DNA of 26,065 nucleotides, from the NCBI GenBank assembly GCA_000175855.1, contig ACYB01000008.1:1-26065 (forward strand). The letters are read 5' to 3'. Position 1 is the stretch's first letter, and each line of letters starts with the position of its first letter. This stretch comes from Raphidiopsis brookii D9 (GTDB lineage: Bacteria; Cyanobacteriota; Cyanobacteriia; Cyanobacteriales; Nostocaceae). Under the pieces are notes generated by a model. That model did no database searches, had not been told where the DNA came from, and saw only the letters and a program-made list of their open reading frames with translations. This document shows, piece by piece, positions 17,209 through 26,065 of this stretch. A program made the translations under genes and the position numbers.

Positions 17209-17232
17209 TTTCCATTTTGGTTGGCAATTTAG

Positions 17233-17251
17233 GGGGAGGGAATATCTCCCC
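17233..17251. terminator. GC-rich hairpin between convergent hemE and the GT2 gene (possible bidirectional terminator)
   Basis: GGGGAG (17233-17238) pairs with CTCCCC (17246-17251) across a 7-nt loop. There is no clear U-tract on either side. Confidence 0.35.
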
Positions 17252-17276
17252 AAATTACATCCAAACGTTCCTGAGC

Positions 17277-17939
17277 TTATATAGAACGCAGCATGTTATT
17301 AGTAAACTCTTTAGTTATACTAACTTCAGCTCTGGTGTAAATATAGGTTTCCGGTTGGGAGAGTTTGTGGGTTCTAACCAGCTTCTCTGCTCTGTCCCAA
17401 AAGTCTGTATCTTCACCATAGGGAAGATTATTAAACCCCTGTAAATCAAAAAATACTTTGCGTTTGCCAAAAAATGTCGGACCCAAAATACAATCTCGCA
17501 GGTTAATGATTTTCCCAGGTTGGAAAAAATCCGCTACAAATATATCCTCGTCACAAACAAATCCACCTGCAATCAAATCCACCTCCGGATTGCTTTCCAT
17601 ATACTTTAAGCGTGTGGTCAGGTGATTTGGTAGGTAAGTATCATCACTATCAATAAATGTGATATACTTTCCGAAGCAAGCCTGGATCCCAACGTTTTTG
17701 GCATAGGGTGATTTGCGATTTTGATGTTTTAGATAACGTATATTGCCATATTTTAATAGATATTCATTGATTATGGTAAAAGTTTCATCCTCACTACCAT
17801 CATCAACAACTAAAAGTTCCCAATTGTGATGTGTTTGATTTATTACACTTTCAACACAATTCACCAAATATTTGGCGCGGTTAAATGTACATAGAATAAT
17901 GCTGATTTCTGGTTTGAGATCAAATTTGATGGGACTCAT
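17277..17939 (-). CDS. Family 2 glycosyltransferase
   Basis: ISIILCTFNRAKYLVNCVESVINQTHHNWELLVVDDGSEDET and a DSDD motif (FIDSDDTY). Confidence 0.8.
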   Translation of the reverse strand: MSPIKFDLKPEISIILCTFNRAKYLVNCVESVINQTHHNWELLVVDDGSEDETFTIINEYLLKYGNIRYLKHQNRKSPYAKNVGIQACFGKYITFIDSDDTYLPNHLTTRLKYMESNPEVDLIAGGFVCDEDIFVADFFQPGKIINLRDCILGPTFFGKRKVFFDLQGFNNLPYGEDTDFWDRAEKLVRTHKLSQPETYIYTRAEVSITKEFTNNMLRSI

Positions 17940-17944
17940 AGTTC

Positions 17945-18125
17945 TGGTGAATGGTTGAAACTGGGGATAGGCGATCGCTCAAGACTTCCTGTATACTCAA
18001 ATTTGGTATATTAGGTAGTGGTTGACAAATAGTGGAGTTTTCTCAAAGAATACCACTTAAATTGCCATCGAGTCAATATAATGAGACTTTTCAACGAAAC
18101 TGTTGAACTGTAAACACTTCCTAAA
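17945..18125 (-). pseudogene. Decayed fragment of an LD-carboxypeptidase (ldcA-like) 3' region, now forming the GT2/GT4 divergent intergenic region
   Basis: 17966-18024 vs 19491-19549 gives 49 of 59 identical by manual count, including a shared HIP1 site. Similarity continues with a ~22-nt deletion through AATACCACTTAA..GCCAT.GAGTCAA to ~18125 vs ~19665. The minus-strand translation is full of stops. Confidence 0.7.
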
Positions 18126-18136
18126 CCCGAAAAATT

Positions 18137-19321
18137 ATGAAATCTAATCAGCATATTTGTCATTTAGTTTTAAGTAATATTGGGGGAGCAGCCAGAACTG
18201 CAAATTCTCTAATTTCCACTCATTCTCAAGCTGGTTATAAAGTATCTACAATAGTATTGACTGACTTGGATTTACAATGGATGGTTGATTTCAAAGCTGC
18301 TGAAAAACTCATAATTTTGAAAGTTGCCGGCAATTTATTTCATATTGGTGGAGCCATACATCAAATATGGATAGCTATAAAATTAAGTAAAGTAATTGCG
18401 GAATTAAATCCGGATATTATTGTTTGCCATACTGCATTTATCACCAAACTTTTTTATCTTTCTCAATTGATTACAGGAAGTGTAAAAACTCCCTATATCA
18501 GTTATCTGCATACAGATTTCATTTCTGAATTACAGGGTGAAAGTAAAAACAACTCATTGATAAAAATATTTCAAAATTTATTTATAGGTGTTGATCAGCG
18601 CATTAGTCTGAGTAGTCTTCAGCAAGCTAGTGGATTAGTATTTGTTTGTAAAAGTATCTATGAAAGATTATTAAATCTGGGATTAAATCCCCGTCAGATG
18701 GAAGTCTCCTATAACCCTGCTATAAATGATACAAGTAATCAGCCATTAAATCCTATAGCTAAGTCATGGTTAAAAAACCAGGGGTTAATTACTTTTGTAT
18801 CTGCTGCTAGATTCCATTATCAAAAAGATCATCCAACTTTATTGAAAGCATTTGCTCTAGCTAGTCAGCATTATTCCAACATCCGTTTAATTTTACTAGG
18901 AGATGGCAATTTAGAAACAGAAATGCAAGAATTTGCAAATTCTTTAAACATTAGTGATATTGTTCTGTTCGCAGGTACTGTTACTAATCCTAGAGCCTAC
19001 TTTTTATTATCTAGAGCAGTAATCCTCGCTTCTCATTATGAGGGATTTGGGATGGTGTTGGTAGAAGCTGTCGCTAGTGGAGTAACCTTTATTGCCAGTG
19101 ATTGTCCAGTTGGACCACGTGAAATTTCTAAAGTATTAGAATGTGGATGTTTAGTACCACCAAATGATGTGGATGCTTTGTCAAAAGCAATTATTAATCA
19201 TATAGAAACTCCTAAAGAGATAATAGACCGTTCTGAAAAAATAGAACGACTATTTAGTGAGTCTAGTTGTGCCAGGAAATTAGAGATATTAATCGACAAA
19301 GTTTTGCAAGAAAAAACCTGA
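18137..19321 (+). CDS. Family 4 (GT-B) glycosyltransferase
   Basis: C-terminal EGFGMVLVEAVASGVTFIASDCPVGPREI motif typical of GT4; 394 aa. Confidence 0.8.
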   Translation: MKSNQHICHLVLSNIGGAARTANSLISTHSQAGYKVSTIVLTDLDLQWMVDFKAAEKLIILKVAGNLFHIGGAIHQIWIAIKLSKVIAELNPDIIVCHTAFITKLFYLSQLITGSVKTPYISYLHTDFISELQGESKNNSLIKIFQNLFIGVDQRISLSSLQQASGLVFVCKSIYERLLNLGLNPRQMEVSYNPAINDTSNQPLNPIAKSWLKNQGLITFVSAARFHYQKDHPTLLKAFALASQHYSNIRLILLGDGNLETEMQEFANSLNISDIVLFAGTVTNPRAYFLLSRAVILASHYEGFGMVLVEAVASGVTFIASDCPVGPREISKVLECGCLVPPNDVDALSKAIINHIETPKEIIDRSEKIERLFSESSCARKLEILIDKVLQEKT

Positions 19322-19369
19322 ACCTTGCAAACTAAATTTATGAAGTTTTTTATCACAAATGGTCTTAAC

Positions 19370-20290
19370 TCAGAGAATTTCTAATGTTCCTCGCACCGCA
19401 TCTAATCTTGCTCGTACTCCCACAGGTAAAGCAGCATTGGGACTATCATGACCAAAAGGTAAGTCAGAAACAACAGGTATACCTAAATCAGATAGGCGAT
19501 CGCTCAAAACCTCGTCTACACTGAGACTTGGTATATTAGGGGGTGGTTGGCAATTGGTAAATCCTCCCAAAGCAACACCTCTGACTTGGTTAAGAATACC
19601 ACTTAATCGCCATTGAGTCAACATTCTGTCAATTCGATAAGGTGCTTCAGTAACATCCTCCAAAGCTAATATTACACCATCCATTGGTGGTAAGAGGGGT
19701 GTTCCCAAAAGATGGGTAGCTACAGTCAAGTTTCCAGGAAGTAATATTCCTGTTACCTGACCGCTTCCCCAACCTTTACCCTGTAATTGCTGAATAGCTC
19801 TACCCTCTACCCAGTCAAATAACCTTGTAATTGACCATGGTGGTTCATCACATAAAGTAGTCAGTACAGGTGCATGTACACCAGAAATTCCCCCTTTATA
19901 TAGACTCCAGAGTAGAGCGGTAATATCAGAGAATCCAATTAGCCATTTTGGGTCTGGTGGATTTTGTTCCCAGTGCCAATTTTCCAAAATACGAGCAGTA
20001 CCAAATCCCCCCCTAGCACAAATAATTCCGCGACATTGGGGATCTTGCCATGCTGCACCCAATTGGTGACGACGGTGGTCATCAGTGCCCGCGAGATAAC
20101 CATGTCGGTTTTCTATATTGTCACTGATTTGAACATTATAACCACGGTCTCGCCAAATTTTCACACCCTTTTCAAAAGCTGTAATTTCTCTGAGTCCACC
20201 ACTAGGAGCAATAACACGTAATAGATCTCCCGGTTTCAGGGGAGACGGTAATAAAGTTGGAACAATCTTAGAGGAGTTTACATTGTGCAT
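19370..20290 (-). CDS. ldcA: LD-carboxypeptidase (peptidase S66, muramoyltetrapeptide carboxypeptidase)
   Basis: [14 protein letters not shown] and the nucleophile motif GFSDITAL; 306 aa. Its start overlaps the aroC 3' end by 23 nt. Confidence 0.8.
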   Translation of the reverse strand: MHNVNSSKIVPTLLPSPLKPGDLLRVIAPSGGLREITAFEKGVKIWRDRGYNVQISDNIENRHGYLAGTDDHRRHQLGAAWQDPQCRGIICARGGFGTARILENWHWEQNPPDPKWLIGFSDITALLWSLYKGGISGVHAPVLTTLCDEPPWSITRLFDWVEGRAIQQLQGKGWGSGQVTGILLPGNLTVATHLLGTPLLPPMDGVILALEDVTEAPYRIDRMLTQWRLSGILNQVRGVALGGFTNCQPPPNIPSLSVDEVLSDRLSDLGIPVVSDLPFGHDSPNAALPVGVRARLDAVRGTLEIL

Positions 20291-21356
20291 AGTGTCTCAA
20301 TAGATGATCACATAAAACCAAAGCTACCATTCCATCCACCATAGGTACTGCACGGGGTAAAACACAAGGATCATGTCTTCCCTTTCCTGCTAAGATGGTT
20401 TCCTCCCCCTCCTTGGTGACTGTTTTTTGTTCCTTTCTAATAGTCGCAGTTGGTTTAAAAGCAACTCTTAAAATAATATTTTCACCATTAGAAATTCCCC
20501 CTTGAATTCCACCTGAACGGTTAGTAACAGTTCTAATATCACCATGGGGATCTATATAAAATTCATCATTATGTTCAAAACCCGTTAATAACGTTCCTGC
20601 AAAGCCAGAACCAATTTCAAAACCTTTACTAGCAGGTAAAGACATAACAGCTTTAGCTAAATCAGCTTCCAACTTGTCAAAAACCGGTTCTCCTAAACCT
20701 TTAGGAACATTGCGCACCACGCACTCCACCACCCCACCAATAGAATTACCATCCCTACCGGTTTTCTCAATTAGTTCTATCATCTGGGGGGCAATTTCCG
20801 GGTCAGGACAGCGGACAATATTACTCTCCACATCTGCTAAAGTGACAATATTAGTGTCAACAGTTCCCTCCAAATCTTTAATACGTTTAACGTAAGCAAT
20901 AATTTCCACACCTGCTACTTGAAGTAAAATCTTCTTGGCGATCGCCCCTGCTGCTACCCTACCTATGGTTTCACGCGCAGAAGACCTACCACCACCTTGC
21001 CAATTTCTGAATCCATATTTAGCGTCGTAGGTAGCATCCGCGTGGGAGGGACGATATTTTTCAGACATTTCGTCATAATCCTGGGACCGGGTATCTTTAT
21101 TCCTCACCAGAATGGCAATTGGTGTTCCTAGGGTCTTACCCTCAAATACCCCGGATAAAATCTCACAGCTGTCTGCTTCTTTGCGAGGTGTGGTGATTTT
21201 GCTTTGTCCTGGTCTTCTTCTATCCAGTTCAAATTGAATTTCTGCGGGAGAAATCTCTAGTCTAGGAGGACAACCATCAATTATAACTCCCACACCACCA
21301 CCGTGAGATTCACCAAATGTCGTAATTCGGAAAAGATGACCAAATGTGCTACCCAT
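20268..21356 (-). CDS. aroC: Chorismate synthase
   Basis: [31 protein letters not shown]..., [17 protein letters not shown]; 362 aa. Confidence 0.95.
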   Translation of the reverse strand: MGSTFGHLFRITTFGESHGGGVGVIIDGCPPRLEISPAEIQFELDRRRPGQSKITTPRKEADSCEILSGVFEGKTLGTPIAILVRNKDTRSQDYDEMSEKYRPSHADATYDAKYGFRNWQGGGRSSARETIGRVAAGAIAKKILLQVAGVEIIAYVKRIKDLEGTVDTNIVTLADVESNIVRCPDPEIAPQMIELIEKTGRDGNSIGGVVECVVRNVPKGLGEPVFDKLEADLAKAVMSLPASKGFEIGSGFAGTLLTGFEHNDEFYIDPHGDIRTVTNRSGGIQGGISNGENIILRVAFKPTATIRKEQKTVTKEGEETILAGKGRHDPCVLPRAVPMVDGMVALVLCDHLLRHYAQCKLL

Positions 21357-21570
21357 GTGAATGTTATTTTTGGAAAAATACTTTCTATAACTGATTTTAC
21401 CAAAAAGCGAAACAAAGTCCCTGGCTTTAGGTTGACTATTTCCTCCTGGTATGCTATCAATTAGAAATATCTCACTTCATAACCCCCTATCTACCCATGA
21501 AGGGTCGAAAGTGGGTGTGAAGTTCTTGGAATCAAGTGAATAAACCGATTAAGAAATAAATTGGATTTTT

Positions 21571-21873
21571 ATGGCTAAGAAGAGCATGATTGAGCGCGAG
21601 AAGAAACGCGCTGGGTTAGTCGCGAAGTATGCTGCCAAGCGGGAAGCACTATTGGAAGAGTTTAGAACTACAGAATCTCCTCTAGAAAAACTAGAGGTGC
21701 ATCGAAAAATTCAACAACTACCTCGTAACAGTGCACCTACCCGTCGTCAAAACCGTTGTTGGTTGACCGGTCGTCCTCGGGGTGTTTACCGGGACTTTGG
21801 ACTGTCTCGTAACGTTCTTCGAGAATGGGCACACCAAGGTTTATTACCTGGAGTTGTCAAGTCTAGTTGGTAA
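21571..21873 (+). CDS. rpsN: 30S ribosomal protein S14
   Basis: [13 protein letters not shown]...[24 protein letters not shown]...LPGVVKSSW; 100 aa. Confidence 0.95.
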   Translation: MAKKSMIEREKKRAGLVAKYAAKREALLEEFRTTESPLEKLEVHRKIQQLPRNSAPTRRQNRCWLTGRPRGVYRDFGLSRNVLREWAHQGLLPGVVKSSW

Positions 21874-22027
21874 TCGGGAGCTAGAAGCTGAAACTAACCT
21901 AGAAGCCACAAATCTCCCACCAGAAGTTTTGTTGCCTAGGTTCTGACTCCTAAGTACATACTGGCAATGTTGTATTGATTATTGCTTTATGATATATTGT
22001 TATTATTCTTAATACGCATATGATTAC

Positions 22028-22702
22028 ATGAGCCAGGTAATTTGGATTGCTAGACATGCTAACAGACTTGATTTTGTAAACCCTGACTGGTTTACTACAG
22101 CTGAGAGGCGTTATGATCCGCCCTTATCGGATGATGGTATAATTCAGGCACAGCAACTGGCAAAACGACTGAAAGGTGAGGGAATAAAGCATATTTTTGC
22201 TTCTCCTTTTTTAAGGACCGTACAAACAGCTAATGCAGTAGCGGAAATCTTGGACTTAGATATTAAATTAGAGACAGGACTCAGTGAGTGGTTGAATCCG
22301 GAGTGGATGACAGAAGAACCGGAAAAAATGTCAACCTTGGAGCTAGTGAAATTGTTTCCTAGAATAGATAGGAGCTATACACCTAGGATTGCTGCCAAAT
22401 ACCCTGAAACCCATGAACAGGTGAGACATCGTTCAGGACAGACTGCCAGGTGTTTGGCGGCGGAATTTTGGCCTCAAGATATCTTGTTAGTAGCACATGG
22501 AGCTTCTGTATTGGGTGCTGCTATGGGGTTTGTAGGAGACATAGCCAAAGAGGAAGTAAAGGCCAAATTATGTTCCCTGGTTAAATTAGTGCTTCGGGAA
22601 TCACAATGGTTCTTAGAACTTAAGGGAGATACTTCCCATTTAGAAGAAATACCGGGACTGCAACCAGAGTATTCTAGTTTATGGCAAAGACCAACACCAT
22701 AG
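22028..22702 (+). CDS. Histidine phosphatase (phosphoglycerate mutase-like) family protein
   Basis: N-terminal IWIARHANR catalytic motif, SPFLRTVQTA, and a distal VAHGASV histidine; 224 aa. Confidence 0.75.
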   Translation: MSQVIWIARHANRLDFVNPDWFTTAERRYDPPLSDDGIIQAQQLAKRLKGEGIKHIFASPFLRTVQTANAVAEILDLDIKLETGLSEWLNPEWMTEEPEKMSTLELVKLFPRIDRSYTPRIAAKYPETHEQVRHRSGQTARCLAAEFWPQDILLVAHGASVLGAAMGFVGDIAKEEVKAKLCSLVKLVLRESQWFLELKGDTSHLEEIPGLQPEYSSLWQRPTP

Positions 22703-22785
22703 GGCAAATTGACCCCAGATATCAACGCACCAACCTCCGGTTATCATTCTTGTGTCTGGGGTAGTGATTTGGAATAAAGACTAAC

Positions 22786-23232
22786 TTAAGATCCCTTAGG
22801 CCAATTTCCTAGCCATTCCCCACCGCGAAATCGCCACCGGGGAAACAACAATCGCATGACTATCCATGCGGATAAATAAACCCCTAACCACACCATTCCA
22901 TAATGTTGAATAAATGTTACTAACTGAAATTCTGCTCGAGGAATTTTTGGTAATCCTATGGTCCCCAGAATTATACCCAAAAACACCCCTTCCACAATTC
23001 CTGCATAGAATTGAAACACACCTGGCCAATCATGATCCCATAAGTATTTCTGCAGGAAATCATATACTACATCCCAGGCTAACCCAAATAATCCCACATA
23101 AAACACAACCCAAAAGTAAATGGCAGACCCATGTCCTAAAAATCCCCGAGCAAAAGGTAAAGAAACTAAATTGCCTACGGTCAATAATAACAAAACCCGT
23201 GTTTGCCAGCGCCCTAATAATGTTGGAGTCAT
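22786..23232 (-). CDS. Hypothetical integral membrane protein (about 4 TM)
   Basis: 148 aa with several long hydrophobic stretches and Trp-rich loops. No motif recognised. Confidence 0.6.
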   Translation of the reverse strand: MTPTLLGRWQTRVLLLLTVGNLVSLPFARGFLGHGSAIYFWVVFYVGLFGLAWDVVYDFLQKYLWDHDWPGVFQFYAGIVEGVFLGIILGTIGLPKIPRAEFQLVTFIQHYGMVWLGVYLSAWIVMRLLFPRWRFRGGEWLGNWPKGS

Positions 23233-23258
23233 AACACCTAATTGCTAATTAAAGTTGA

Positions 23259-25355
23259 TTAAAGCTGATTAAAATTCCCAGTACCAATTAAGGTTTTTAA
23301 ATTTAAAGCCCATTTGAGCCATTGCCAAACAGAATAAACACCCTGAATGTATTTTACACCTGGTGCTTTAATTGCTGCTAGAGCTTCCACTGATCTATGG
23401 GCGGCGTATTGTAGTCCTAAAAATGTATCCACCGGTGCATAGGGACCCCCTAGAGTAATAATCCCTGCTGCATACACACGAGATTGAGAATCTCTGGGGT
23501 GACGCAATTGTCTAATTTCAAAATTGTTTTTTACATACAACCTTCTATCGGGATTTAAATCTAAATCATAGTGATTAATTAAATCCTTCAAAAATGGACT
23601 CTGGAGCGGGTCAGAAATTAACCCAGTACAATCAATGACAAAATTAGCCTTTATTTCTTTATATCCCTCATTAGTTACTAAAGAAGCAACTATTTTGCCT
23701 TCCGCACCACGCTGTATTTTATCCGCTAGACCATAATACAGCTTATACCATCCCTGTTGTTTACCCTCCCGCACAATTTTACGCCATTGTTGGCGACTTG
23801 CAGTGGTTGTACCGCCCCAAATATCTAATAATTCCCTCCGCTTAAACGGTTCCGCTGCTTCCAATTGTTTTCGCATATCCCCGCCCCAGGTAGCTTTAGG
23901 CCAATTATATGGTTGAAACTCCCAATCATTTTCTACATATCTTTGGGATTTCTCAAACCTGTTCCCACTACGTGGATTACGATTCAAATGAATGACATCA
24001 ATATTGTTATTCCTTTTACGAGCTTGGTATATTCTATCCAACACCTGTGATGCTACAATTCCCGACCCTCTTAAAATTAGAGTTCCACCATGTTTCTCCA
24101 AATGAGTGTAAATGTGGTCGTGTTCCTCATAACCCTGGACTACTGTTCGACTATTTCCCGTCTCTTGAGGATATTCCTGACGGTATTTTTCTAGATCCGG
24201 TAATAGTTTCAGTCCGGGATAACCAGTACAAATGTGAATATACCTAGCTAACAAAAATTGGTAATGCTTACGATTTTGTGTATCGCTACAGTATGCAATA
24301 CAATATCTCCCATCCTCTGTTTGACGTAAACTGAGAATGGCTCCAGGCTCTAACATTTTGTGCCAATTTATGCGTTCCGCTTCCCGATCCATAGAGTCAA
24401 ATACATCTCCAGCTATAGGAGTATAAGTATCAGCATGAACAGGTTCTGCAAATACCTGCCATAAAAATCCTATGGCAGCACCTATTTGTCCAGAAAACAA
24501 AGCTTTTTTAGCATCTCTTAGTCCATATCCTGGCCATCCCCAAATATTATCAGGACAAGAATCAGAACCGGAGCGAATGCGTTTATCTTCAGAGATTTGG
24601 CAGTTTTTAAGCAGGGTTTTATATCGTTGATAGGGTTTTTCTTGATTGCTGAGGATCTTAATATTTTCTGTTTTAACCCCTGCAATTCTCAACATATCCA
24701 CCCAGACAAAACTGCCCATTCCTCCCCCACAGGCGAGATATTCGGTTTCTCGCACTAGAAACCCACTACTCTCAATTTCTCTTAGGGAAATCTGTGGTCT
24801 GTGCCAAAAGCTCAAATTATAAGGGAATTCAGAACGGGAAATAGATGGGGATGAACTTACTTGTTGTTCTAAAATCCCCGTATGAGGATTGAAAGAAATA
24901 GATGAGGCAACATTTGCTACAGGTTCCAGTCGTGATGCTGGTAATACTTGACTTTGGGGATCAAAGTTAAAAACCGTTCCCACATCACCCACAATAACTG
25001 TTCCCTCATCCTGACCACTACCTTCAAGAATCACCACAGTTATGGTGTAACTACCAATGATTATAGTATCACCAGTGTTTAAAATCTCACCTTGTCTTAA
25101 GAGTAGTTTGCCGTTTAGCTTGGTACCATTACTACTTTTATCTTCTACGTAAACCTGATTATTATTTAATCTGATTTGAGCGTGAAATCGAGAAATTTGG
25201 CGATTACTATCTAATAACACTATTGGACTAACCGGTTCATTGTTCAAATTGGGAGGTAAAGCAGATAAATCTCTACCAATGGCGATGGGCAAGTTAAAAA
25301 CCTGCTCTACCTGTTCTTGAGTAATTTTATTTTCAGAAACCAGTTTTATTTGCAT
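23259..25355 (-). CDS. FHA-domain protein fused to a large domain with two dinucleotide-binding-like motifs (flavoprotein/oxidoreductase-like)
   Basis: FHA: IGRDLS...ISRFHAQIRLNNNQVYVEDKSSNGTKLNGKLL..GDTIIIG. C-terminal part: YLACGGGMGSFVWVDML and LILRGSGIVASQVLD (GxGxxG/A-like). 698 aa. Confidence 0.7.
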   Translation of the reverse strand: MQIKLVSENKITQEQVEQVFNLPIAIGRDLSALPPNLNNEPVSPIVLLDSNRQISRFHAQIRLNNNQVYVEDKSSNGTKLNGKLLLRQGEILNTGDTIIIGSYTITVVILEGSGQDEGTVIVGDVGTVFNFDPQSQVLPASRLEPVANVASSISFNPHTGILEQQVSSSPSISRSEFPYNLSFWHRPQISLREIESSGFLVRETEYLACGGGMGSFVWVDMLRIAGVKTENIKILSNQEKPYQRYKTLLKNCQISEDKRIRSGSDSCPDNIWGWPGYGLRDAKKALFSGQIGAAIGFLWQVFAEPVHADTYTPIAGDVFDSMDREAERINWHKMLEPGAILSLRQTEDGRYCIAYCSDTQNRKHYQFLLARYIHICTGYPGLKLLPDLEKYRQEYPQETGNSRTVVQGYEEHDHIYTHLEKHGGTLILRGSGIVASQVLDRIYQARKRNNNIDVIHLNRNPRSGNRFEKSQRYVENDWEFQPYNWPKATWGGDMRKQLEAAEPFKRRELLDIWGGTTTASRQQWRKIVREGKQQGWYKLYYGLADKIQRGAEGKIVASLVTNEGYKEIKANFVIDCTGLISDPLQSPFLKDLINHYDLDLNPDRRLYVKNNFEIRQLRHPRDSQSRVYAAGIITLGGPYAPVDTFLGLQYAAHRSVEALAAIKAPGVKYIQGVYSVWQWLKWALNLKTLIGTGNFNQL

Positions 25356-25572
25356 AGGTTTAATGATTTTTACTTATTTTCCCCGATATAACCAAAACCA
25401 ACACTAGTTTAGCATACCAGTATCCGCACTGAAATTGAAGTCACTCCTTATTGATAAATATTCTGTTTTCTACCAAGGGGAAATGCGATCGCACCAGTGC
25501 TTCGCAATCATTTGTGCCTAACTGCGAATAACGGTAATAGTACGTCTCCCTGGACTAATAGCTTTCTCCGTA

Positions 25573-26065
25573 CTAATTCTCTCTCCCATAGGTTTGCGGT
25601 AGACTATCCTGACTACCCTGGGACAAAACACGAGGAATCACTTCCTGGTAAATGGGATTGGCAATGGTCAGTCCGCCCAAAGGACTTCGCTTTACCAAGC
25701 CTAAATCTAACAAGAAACGGCGATCATCCTCCGGGGTATCCGGTAAGTCGGATCCAGATAACATCGGTTGAATAATAGCCTTGACCCGATCTTCCCGCAA
25801 TCTTTCTGCTAAACTATCCAAATGAGTATCCTGGCGCTGAATCAGAATCTCTTTGGCTCGGTTAATGACTTCAGTAGTAATGGGTTGGGTTACATCTTTA
25901 ACTAAAACTTGGGTAGCTTGACGAGCTAGGGCATTTACTAACCACGGTTGTCCGTCGGTTAAATAATATGCGCGTTGAATTGCTTCTGTGGTAAAAACTT
26001 GTCCCGTAGCTTGTGTGTGTTGTAAATAAAGTTCTTCTACTTCGGGTAAAGAAAAATTACTTAGA
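25573..26065 (-). CDS. C-terminal part of an ORC/Arch-ATPase-like AAA protein with a terminal winged-helix; its 5' end lies beyond the window edge
   Basis: The frame stays open from 25821 to 26064, reading LSNFSLPEVEELYLQHTQATGQVFTTEAIQRAYYLTDGQPWLVNALARQ..., so the listed 82-aa ORF is only the tail. The motif TDGQPWLVNAL followed by LLDLGLVKR resembles ATPase lid plus wHTH. Confidence 0.6.
   Translation of the reverse strand, partial: LSNFSLPEVEELYLQHTQATGQVFTTEAIQRAYYLTDGQPWLVNALARQATQVLVKDVTQPITTEVINRAKEILIQRQDTHLDSLAERLREDRVKAIIQPMLSGSDLPDTPEDDRRFLLDLGLVKRSPLGGLTIANPIYQEVIPRVLSQGSQDSLPQTYGREN

Noticed and set aside
21400-21570. Structured autoregulatory leader upstream of rpsN: a CTTCAT...ATGAAG stem and a TTGACT-17-TATCAA promoter-like pair.
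   Set aside because: There is only one 6-bp stem and a weak -10 box, and I know of no S14 leader motif. The evidence is not strong enough to report as a feature.

Overview
This is a cyanobacterial chromosomal segment. It carries at least 11 HIP1 sites (GCGATCGC, e.g. 3144, 7913, 8793, 11311, 12033, 14847, 14981, 17971, 19496, 20938, 25485), is AT-rich, and has Nostocales-like gene content.

The right ~15 kb (11.3-25.4 kb) is ordinary core genome: MFS transporter, hemL, hisIE, an SDR, hemE, GT2 and GT4 glycosyltransferases, ldcA, aroC, rpsN, a histidine phosphatase, a membrane protein and an FHA-flavoprotein-like gene. A partial ATPase gene runs off the right edge.

The left ~11 kb is an accessory patchwork:
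- (1) an orphan AAA-like ATPase/PD-(D/E)XK gene;
- (2) a divergent two-gene module, a triple winged-helix protein plus a 712-aa P-loop NTPase;
- (3) a gene graveyard: the 3' third of an ABC/AAA_21-type ATPase fused to a UPF0175 antitoxin, plus a 29-codon stump of a PIN toxin;
- (4) an ~884-aa reconstructable fusion of a DEDDy 3'-5' exonuclease, a Cas4-like Fe-S nuclease and a soluble FtsK-type translocase;
- (5) a GC-richer, apparently horizontally acquired cobalt-type nitrile hydratase cluster (COG0523 GTPase, beta, alpha, accessory protein) on the opposite strand.

Blocks 4 and 5 are each ~2.85 kb. They are bracketed by three direct copies of a ~55-nt element, two of which carry a near-consensus sigma70 promoter. 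My best candidates for an undescribed system are the exonuclease-Cas4-FtsK fusion and the wHTH+NTPase pair.

Major caveat: I find at least 8 single-nt homopolymer indels, including in the essential genes hemL and hemE. Many apparent frameshifts are therefore probably assembly errors, not biology. All family names come from motif recognition by eye; nothing was searched.
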